IMG/VR virus record: IMGVR_UViG_2563366941_000004
Origin: a virus
Taxonomy: Duplodnaviria; Heunggongvirae; Uroviricota; Caudoviricetes
Direction: 5' to 3' (one strand)
DNA: 4,260 nucleotides
The translations under genes and the position numbers were made by a program. Below the pieces are notes generated by a model. That model worked only from the letters and a program-made list of their open reading frames with translations. It did not search any database and was not told where the DNA came from. Shown one piece after another: positions 1 to 4,260 of the stretch; position 1 is the stretch's first letter, and each line of letters starts with the position of its first letter.

Positions 1-111
1 GTCAAAAATTTCACCGTCAAAGCGTTTTTTGTCCCGTAACGCTAAAGTTACCGTAACTTTATTCTCAAAATTGCGGATCCCTTTCACAATCAGTTCATAG
101 TTTTGAGTCAT
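1..111 (-). CDS. Small phage lysis-cassette protein, possibly DUF1327/YdfR-like; N-terminal 37 codons only (continues beyond window start)
   Basis: Minus-strand ATG at 111..109 with GGGAGAG inside the holin 3' end, 7 nt upstream. Frame is open to the window edge (MTQNYELIVKGIRNFENKVTVTLALRDKKRFDGEIFD...). It sits directly downstream of the pinholin, as ydfR does after essQ in K-12 Qin prophage as I recall it. Family assignment is from memory, not a search. Confidence 0.45.
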   Translation of the reverse strand, partial: MTQNYELIVKGIRNFENKVTVTLALRDKKRFDGEIFD

Positions 112-115
112 TGAA

Positions 116-331
116 TTACTCTCCCCGTGCAGCCTTACGACGGTCCTCTCTGATTTTGAAATACAGGTTAGTCAGATATGTCAGCAGCCCAAACAGCAGA
201 CTCCCCAGCACGCCTATTGCCGCCCACTGAGACGGGGAAACCCTGTCCAGCAACTGCAGGAACCAGTAGCCCGATCCCACCGCTGACGTGGTGTATGACA
301 CACCTGTTGTGATTTTTTCCATCTGGTACAT
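116..331 (-). CDS. S: Class II pinholin, phage 21 S21-like / EssQ-like (71 aa, dual-start Met1/Met4)
   Basis: The ORF-track protein ends ...[51 protein letters not shown], which I recognise as very close to the S21 pinholin family. Likely start is ATG 331..329 (MYQMEK...) with GGAGA about 6 nt upstream; a second in-frame Met at 322..320 reproduces the S21 71/68 dual-start layout. Stop TAA at 118..116. The 97-aa version starting at 409 is an over-extension. Confidence 0.85.
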   Translation of the reverse strand: MYQMEKITTGVSYTTSAVGSGYWFLQLLDRVSPSQWAAIGVLGSLLFGLLTYLTNLYFKIREDRRKAARGE

Positions 332-366
332 ACCCCGTCTCCCGTTATCCGGAAGCTGACAACAAT

Positions 367-397
367 AAAAAAAGCCACCAGTTAAGTACTGATGGCT
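367..397 (-). terminator. Putative rho-independent terminator between nanS-p and the pinholin gene
   Basis: Minus-strand RNA would form GCCAUCAG / CUGGUGGC (8 bp including one G.U) with a 7-nt loop, followed by UUUUUUU (plus-strand A-run 367-373). Judged by eye, no folding energy computed. Confidence 0.5.
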
Positions 398-481
398 CTG
401 ATAACTCATGCAGGCATCTCAGACGACCCACTGACACTACCGGTGAGTTTAACGATACCTTCCATTTGGCTGGCTCACTTT

Positions 482-2335
482 TTATGATGATGCCGGTGCA
501 TTTATCTCCAGCACCAGACTTTCTATCTCAACGCCATACGCTGCATTTTTGGTAATATCCGTCAGCGTCAGCGCATTCAGCCCCAGTGTCAGACTGTCTT
601 TTATGACCTGGAATGCCGGGCCAGCCACTCCATTCAGTTTCGGAGTAACCGTGGCACTGCCGGCGGTGAACACCAGCTCCAGCGTCTGCCAGTCGTTACT
701 GTAATTCCCGAACTCGCCCAACTTTGTGTTTCCTGCTTTCTTGTGATGCATCAGATTCAGTTTGCCGTCTGTGGTCTGGGTGAAGAACGACATCAGGAAC
801 GGGTTACCAGTCCCGGTCATCGCCACGACGTCAGGTAACGCTACATCGGTATACAGATAAATTCCCAGACCGAACTGATTGTTGGTCAGTGCGCCTGACA
901 GTCGAAACTTACAGCTCAGTCTGCCACCCCGTGTCAGCAGGGAGACTGCGTCATCCACCGGGCGCGTCAGGGACCAGGCTTTATTGCTCTGCTTGGTGAT
1001 CTTAAATACACCATCTGACAACTGAATTCCGCCATTCTTAATGCTCCAGCCCTGCGCAGCAGCGTCTCCGGCTGTCGGCAACAGGGAGATTGTGCGTATG
1101 GATGCATCTTCAGACGGCCCCGATGGCGTGTCGCCGCCGGGCGAGAGTTTGATTTCCGGTGCCTTACCACTAATGAAGGCTAAGGTGCGACCGGCTACGT
1201 TCAGAATAGCAGTTGCCATACGATCGGGAATAATGCCACGACGCGCCCATGAGCTGAAATGCGTCGGGCGATTTGATGATACCCAGTTTTTGTTCGTTCG
1301 GGATGCCGAACCGTAATAACCAGACCCGACAATATCAGGATCTTCTGACGGGTTGTTTGTCGGTGTATTAACTCCGCTACCATCGGTCATAAAGGGAACA
1401 AAATAAATCTGCTGGGATTCTTTACCTTTATATGCACCATATACCACTTCATATTGCGTACCGTGTTCTTGTTTCCACGCGTATGTCGTGTCGCCACAAA
1501 TCCAGGGGACTGATGCCGGACTTCCACCGTGACACTGCGCTGCCAGCCCGGCAAGGTCAGCACGGAACTGCTGTACCATTGCAAGAAATGCTGCTGGCTG
1601 CTGGGCGTAACTGGCATTCGTCATATCGAATTCCCCCTGCATCCAGCATATCGCCAGCAAAACGTTTTTCGGGTTTTTCTGCAATGCTGCCTTCGTGCGG
1701 AAAAGCAGATCCTGATATAACGGCTTACCCACTCCCCAGCGAGCCGAATCCTGACTGGCTCCCGTGGACTCGCTGAATGTCCCCTCCGTGCCCTGGGTGA
1801 ATGCCGAACCACCACGACAGCATGGTACCAGCAGGATCCCCGCATTATTAGGGATATACGGAAGCAGTTTTTTGGCAATATGTAAGCCCTGTCCGACACA
1901 GCCGTACTGCCCTTTGCTCAGGTCAGCCCGGGGATGGTTAATCGTACTCATATCCTGAACATCATGCAGACAATGGTCAGCAGGAATGATGTCGTTAAAT
2001 ACGCATACTTCACCACCGGGAGTCACTGTGTTACGACGGGCCAGTTGCTTAATGCGCGGATGGGGCGCATCGTATGAATCCGGAAGCGGAAGCCCTTCAC
2101 CGTAAGCCATGGCATTGGATTGCCCGGCCAGTACGATGACGTAGTACCACTCCGGCTCAGTTGCACCACTGACGACCACATCACCTTCTGCTGCAATCGC
2201 CTGCATCAGGGTATAAGGGGTTATGGCCACCGGACTACCAAACGGCTGCCAGCCCTCCTTCAGTTTTTGTGTCAGTCGTTTCGCAAGGTCTGACGGCGAT
2301 GCCGCCCTGACCACGTCATAGTGTTTAAATGCCAT
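482..2335 (-). CDS. nanS-p: Prophage NanS-p family 9-O-acetyl-sialate esterase (N-terminal DUF1737-like extension + SASA/SGNH esterase core + ~230-aa C-terminal domain)
   Basis: 617-aa ORF, ATG 2335..2333 with GGGAGG SD upstream, stop TAA at 484..482. Contains VLAGQSNAMAYGEG (GQSN motif, putative catalytic Ser73) and collinear blocks I recall from E. coli NanS/YjhS (LPLPD..APHPRIKQLAR, VPCCRGGSAFT, CWMQGEFD, GDTT, FSSWARRGIIPDR). Position between tRNAs and holin matches the nanS-p locus of Stx and related prophages. Confidence 0.85.
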   Translation of the reverse strand: MAFKHYDVVRAASPSDLAKRLTQKLKEGWQPFGSPVAITPYTLMQAIAAEGDVVVSGATEPEWYYVIVLAGQSNAMAYGEGLPLPDSYDAPHPRIKQLARRNTVTPGGEVCVFNDIIPADHCLHDVQDMSTINHPRADLSKGQYGCVGQGLHIAKKLLPYIPNNAGILLVPCCRGGSAFTQGTEGTFSESTGASQDSARWGVGKPLYQDLLFRTKAALQKNPKNVLLAICWMQGEFDMTNASYAQQPAAFLAMVQQFRADLAGLAAQCHGGSPASVPWICGDTTYAWKQEHGTQYEVVYGAYKGKESQQIYFVPFMTDGSGVNTPTNNPSEDPDIVGSGYYGSASRTNKNWVSSNRPTHFSSWARRGIIPDRMATAILNVAGRTLAFISGKAPEIKLSPGGDTPSGPSEDASIRTISLLPTAGDAAAQGWSIKNGGIQLSDGVFKITKQSNKAWSLTRPVDDAVSLLTRGGRLSCKFRLSGALTNNQFGLGIYLYTDVALPDVVAMTGTGNPFLMSFFTQTTDGKLNLMHHKKAGNTKLGEFGNYSNDWQTLELVFTAGSATVTPKLNGVAGPAFQVIKDSLTLGLNALTLTDITKNAAYGVEIESLVLEINAPASS

Positions 2336-2528
2336 GAATCCTCCCGGGCGGGATAATGTTGTGAGTCAGATAAGGAGCAGGCTGAAGTCCGGAAGTTACA
2401 GGACAATGGCAGAAGGGAGACTACAGCCCGCAATTCGAAAAAGACCGCGCAGTTGCGCAGAGTGATTACTATGGGGTATTATTCGCCAGCTGAAATATTA
2501 CTTCACGTTTTATTGTTTATTCCTTGCC

Positions 2529-2557
2529 GCCCGCGTCTCCCAGCGCGGGCTTTTTTT
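2529..2557 (+). terminator. Putative rho-independent terminator on the plus strand, divergent from nanS-p
   Basis: GCCCGCGU (2529-2536) pairs with GCGCGGGC (2543-2550), an 8-bp GC-rich stem with a 6-nt loop, followed by TTTTTTT (2551-2557). On the minus strand the same hairpin is not followed by a U-run. Confidence 0.5.
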
Positions 2558-2561
2558 GTCC

Positions 2562-2588
2562 ATAAGAAAGCCCCTCCGGAGAGGGGCT
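2562..2588 (-). terminator. Putative rho-independent terminator at the minus-strand end of repeat copy A
   Basis: Perfect inverted repeat AGCCCCTC / GAGGGGCT (2569-2576 / 2581-2588) with a 4-nt loop; on the minus strand it is followed by UUUCUUAU. Confidence 0.5.
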
Positions 2589-2797
2589 AAAGCCGCGTAT
2601 CTGTATCATCATGCACATGGTGCCGGGTGCCTCCCGGTGAGTTCAGCCCGGTGCCACTAAACCCGCGTCATTCTCGTTTTGATAATCAGAGATTATACCG
2701 TCACCAGTCGCCCCTCCGCTCAGGGGGATTCACCATGCGAAATTTTTTTAACAAATGCCCAGTCTGACAGGCAACTGTCAACTTACTGAATTGTGAG
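2568..2797. repeat. Structured repeat unit, copy A (diverged direct repeat of 3055-3265)
   Basis: Shares perfectly conserved blocks with copy B: aagcccctccggagaggggct (2568-2588), catggtgccgggtgcctcccggtga (2616-2640), gcccctccgcNcagggggattcaccatgc (2710-2738, one mismatch), tttaacaaa (2747-2755), ctgaattgtgag (2786-2797). Sequence between blocks is diverged with indels. Confidence 0.8.
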
Positions 2798-2833
2798 CAA
2801 CATAGCATTTAACGGGGAACCTGTTTTCTGCAG

Positions 2834-2861
2834 TAAAAAGGCCCACCGGAGCGGATGGGCC
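2834..2861 (-). terminator. Putative rho-independent terminator just upstream (minus-strand sense) of repeat copy A
   Basis: GGCCCA (2840-2845) pairs with TGGGCC (2856-2861) around a 10-nt loop; on the minus strand it is followed by UUUUU (plus A-run 2835-2839). Confidence 0.45.
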
Positions 2862-3048
2862 TGGAAGGATAGCGGTCATGTGATGCCGGTTTCCCGGTAA
2901 CTCAGCACCGGTATCTGAGTCAACGTTTTCTCTACTGGGTCATTTCCGATACGCCCTGCCTGCTGACAGGCTTTCATCACATCTGAAAATATAGCACCCT
3001 GACTGATACTGTAGTACCTAAGGTTCCAGAAACTGTGATGTATCCGGC

Positions 3049-3075
3049 ACAGAAAAGCCCCTCCGGAGAGGGGCT
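3049..3075 (-). terminator. Putative rho-independent terminator at the minus-strand end of repeat copy B
   Basis: Same AGCCCCTC-CGGA-GAGGGGCT hairpin (3056-3075); on the minus strand it is followed by UUUUCUGUG. Confidence 0.5.
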
Positions 3076-3265
3076 GGAGAGTGGCGCTATGTGCCATTGC
3101 ATGGTGCCGGGTGCCTCCCGGTGAATTCAGTACCAGCACCTGAATCCGCGATTATCCCATATACCTACTCGCTGATTGCCCCTCCGCACAGGGGGATTCA
3201 CCATGCCAGTTTCTTTTAACAAACTCCCCGCAAACCAGACAACAGTCAACCGCCTGAATTGTGAG
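3055..3265. repeat. Structured repeat unit, copy B (diverged direct repeat of 2568-2797)
   Basis: Conserved blocks at 3055-3075, 3100-3124, 3178-3206, 3214-3222 and 3254-3265 match copy A in the same order and orientation. Confidence 0.8.
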
Positions 3266-3271
3266 ACATTT

Positions 3272-3295
3272 AAAAAAAAGCCCGCAAAAGCGAGC
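3272..3295 (-). terminator. Putative rho-independent terminator immediately downstream of the tRNA cluster
   Basis: Minus-strand RNA: GCUCGC-UUUU-GCGGGC (6-bp stem with one U.G) followed by eight U (plus A-run 3272-3279). Starts 16 nt after the 3' end of tRNA-Arg(UCU). Confidence 0.6.
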
Positions 3296-3310
3296 CAGGG
3301 AAAATAAGTG

Positions 3311-3387
3311 TGGCACGTTGTACTGGATTCGAACCAGTGACCGATTGCTTAGAAGGCAATTGCTCTGTCCGGCTGAGCTAACAACGC
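3311..3387 (-). tRNA. tRNA-Arg (anticodon UCU), 77 nt, CCA encoded
   Basis: Manual cloverleaf on the minus strand: acceptor GCGTTGT/ACAACGT (G1.U72), D-arm GCTC-AGCCGGACA-GAGC, anticodon arm ATTGC-CTTCTAA-GCAAT (UCU), T-arm ACTGG-TTCGAAT-CCAGT, discriminator G, CCA. Third position in a trio that resembles the ileZ-argN-argO cluster of phage 933W (recalled). Confidence 0.8.
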
Positions 3388-3400
3388 AGGATACAGATAA

Positions 3401-3477
3401 TGGACCGCCTTCGGGGACCCGAACTCCGCGCAACCAGCTTCGAAGGCTGGCGCTCTTTCCTGATGAGCTAATGGCGG
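3401..3477 (-). tRNA. tRNA-Arg (anticodon UCG as read), 77 nt, CCA encoded; non-canonical features, possibly degenerate
   Basis: Manual fold: D-arm GCTC-ATCAGGAAA-GAGC, anticodon arm CCAGC-CTTCGAA-GCTGG (perfect 5-bp stem, U33, anticodon UCG, A37), T-arm CGGAG-TTCGGGT-CCCCG. Deviations: C1-G72 start, A.A mismatch at 6:67, A.C mismatch at 52:62, G at position 58 where A is near-invariant. Confidence 0.6.
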
Positions 3478-3484
3478 TATGTGA

Positions 3485-3560
3485 TGGTGGCCCTTGCTGG
3501 ATTTGAACCAGCGACCTGGCGATTATGAGTCGCTCGCTCTCACCACTGAGCTAAAGGGCC
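3485..3560 (-). tRNA. tRNA-Ile2 (anticodon CAU, lysidine-type, AUA-decoding; ileX/ileZ-like), 76 nt, CCA encoded
   Basis: Minus strand GGCCCTTTAGCTCAGTGGTGAGAGCGAGCGACTCATAATCGCCAGGTCGCTGGTTCAAATCCAGCAAGGGCCACCA. Perfect 7-bp acceptor stem, anticodon loop CTCATAA, T-loop TTCAAAT. Very close to the E. coli ileX sequence as I recall it, so Ile2 rather than Met is favoured, but the anticodon alone cannot distinguish them. Confidence 0.8.
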
Positions 3561-3569
3561 GGGAGCAGA

Positions 3570-3598
3570 ATAATAATGGTGCGTAATTAATTCTGCAA
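3570..3598 (-). promoter_or_regulatory. Putative sigma70 promoter for the tRNA cluster
   Basis: Minus strand: TTGCAG (3598..3593), 17-nt spacer, TATTAT (3575..3570), then 9 nt to the tRNA-Ile2 5' end at 3560. Motif match by eye only. Confidence 0.4.
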
Positions 3599-3609
3599 TC
3601 TCATCCGTT

Positions 3610-3936
3610 TCAAACGATTAAATCCTGAACTTCCCTGACTGTCTGCTCAAAACGTCCGGTCTCCAGTTCAACGCCAATCGCACGACGCCCGAGCGCCAGT
3701 GCCGCTTTTACCGTTGAACCTGAGCCCATAAAAAAATCTGCAACCAGGTCTCCCGGACGACTGCTTGCGCTGATTATCTGCTGCAGCATTTCTGCCGGTT
3801 TTTCGCACGGATGTTTCCCGGGATAGAACTGCACCGGTTTATGCGTCCAGACATCGGTATACGGCACCTGCGCTGTCACGCCAAAATACCGCCGCAGTCG
3901 GCATTCACAACCACAAGCGTGTTTAACGTACTGCAC
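3610..3936 (-). pseudogene. 5'-truncated beta-class DNA (N6-adenine/N4-cytosine) methyltransferase, C-terminal ~108 codons only
   Basis: Translation carries the C-terminal signature ...KHPCEKPAEMLQQIISASSRPGDLVADFFMGSGSTVKAALALGRRAIGVELE (HP-x-x-KP and FxGSGST AdoMet motif I). No DPPY motif or N-terminal half. The frame is closed by an in-frame TGA at 3945..3943 two codons upstream of the only start, a GTG with no Shine-Dalgarno. Upstream 3946-4039 is AT-rich and not MTase-like. Confidence 0.65.
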
Positions 3937-4039
3937 AGCTTTTCAGACATAAAAAGGCCGCCTGATAGCAGCCTTTTCACATTAAAATTAAGTTTTTCTT
4001 TACTCTGTAGTATGGGAAATTAGCATTCCCTACTGGGTT

Positions 4040-4260
4040 GGTAATGACTCCAACTTATTGATAGTGTTTTATGTTCAGATAATGCCCGATGACTTTGTCA
4101 TGCAGCTCCACCGATTTTGAGAACGACAGCGACTTCCGTCCCAGCCGTGCCAGGTGCTGCCTCAGATTCAGGTTATGCCGCTCAATTCGCTGCGTATATC
4201 GCTTGCTGATTACGTGCAGCTTTCCCTTCAGGCGGGATTCATACAGCGGCCAGCCATCCG
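4040..4260 (-). mobile_element. IS1 insertion sequence, partial (right-end 221 bp; element continues beyond window end)
   Basis: 4040 onward reads GGTAATGACTCCAACTTATTGATAGTGTTTTATGTTCAGATAATGCCCGATGACTTTGTCATGCAGCTCC..., which is the reverse complement of the IS1 right end (terminal inverted repeat plus insB 3' end) as I recall it, continuing to the window edge. Confidence 0.9.
4055..4260 (-). CDS. insB: IS1 transposase InsB, C-terminal part (partial, 5' end outside window)
   Basis: Minus-strand frame ends ...[58 protein letters not shown] with stop TAA at 4057..4055, 16 nt inside the IS1 terminus, matching the InsB C-terminus. Confidence 0.8.
   Translation of the reverse strand, partial: DGWPLYESRLKGKLHVISKRYTQRIERHNLNLRQHLARLGRKSLSFSKSVELHDKVIGHYLNIKHYQ

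Noticed and set aside
116-409. 97-aa version of the holin ORF starting at 409
   Set aside because: The extra 26 N-terminal residues ([26 protein letters not shown]) are not holin-like and span the intergenic terminator. The ATG at 331 has a proper Shine-Dalgarno and gives the canonical 71-aa length.
967-1958. Seven ORF-track entries of 60-114 aa on both strands (967-1170, 1041-1316, 1201-1383, 1387-1617, 1432-1776, 1529-1720, 1621-1899, 1764-1958)
   Set aside because: All lie inside the 617-aa nanS-p gene, either antisense or out of frame. Their translations are low-complexity and Arg/Pro/Cys-rich, typical of spurious frames in a GC-balanced coding region.
2406-2465. 19-codon plus-strand ORF (MAEGRLQPAIRKRPRSCAE)
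   Set aside because: No adequately spaced Shine-Dalgarno (AGGA only 2 nt from the ATG), and the region is more simply explained as untranslated sequence upstream of the plus-strand terminator.
2692-2782. TTGACA and TATAAT in copy A (TTGACT and GATAAT in copy B) as one sigma70 promoter
   Set aside because: On the minus strand the hexamers are 78 bp apart, far beyond the 16-19 bp spacer of a single promoter. They are noted instead as separate promoter-like elements of uncertain function.
2876-3139. 87-aa minus-strand ORF, including an internal 33-codon version starting at ATG 2977
   Set aside because: The 5' part crosses the repeat-unit terminator hairpin, and neither start has a Shine-Dalgarno. 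A small peptide cannot be excluded but there is no positive evidence.
2568-3265. CRISPR array as an explanation for the repeats
   Set aside because: There are only two copies, they are ~220 bp long, diverged and contain indels, with no short regular repeat-spacer periodicity.
2336-3310. Possible stxA/stxB or remnants between the tRNAs and nanS-p
   Set aside because: No ORF of suitable size in any frame and no resemblance to the stx2A 5' sequence I recall; the interval is filled by terminators and the two repeat units. This is not a search result, so short degraded remnants cannot be excluded.
3152-3433. 93-aa minus-strand ORF
   Set aside because: It overlaps tRNA-Arg(UCU), part of tRNA-Arg(UCG) and the terminator and repeat unit B, and so is an artefact of reading through RNA genes.
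3261-3506. 81-aa plus-strand ORF
   Set aside because: It runs antisense across two well-folded tRNA genes and a terminator, has no ribosome-binding site, and its composition is Arg/Pro-rich as expected for a tRNA-antisense frame.
3811-4023. 70-aa plus-strand ORF
   Set aside because: Antisense to the methyltransferase remnant and extending into the junction, with no RBS and no recognisable motif.

Overview
Minus-strand late/lysis region of a lambdoid, Stx-phage-like prophage (Escherichia/Shigella type) that carries no stx genes. Reading the minus strand from high to low coordinates: partial IS1 (4040-4260), a ~100 bp junction, a 5'-truncated beta-class DNA methyltransferase remnant (3610-3936), a putative promoter, three tRNAs in the order Ile2(CAU), Arg(UCG), Arg(UCU) (3311-3560), a ~970 bp non-coding region, a NanS-p-type sialate O-acetylesterase (482-2335), a terminator, an S21-like pinholin (116-331) and the start of a small gene (1-111). 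The most unusual feature is in the non-coding region: two diverged direct copies of a ~220 bp structured unit (2568-2797 and 3055-3265), each bounded by intrinsic terminators, sitting where Stx phages carry stxAB. All calls come from reading the sequence plus recalled family knowledge; no database search or folding program was run.
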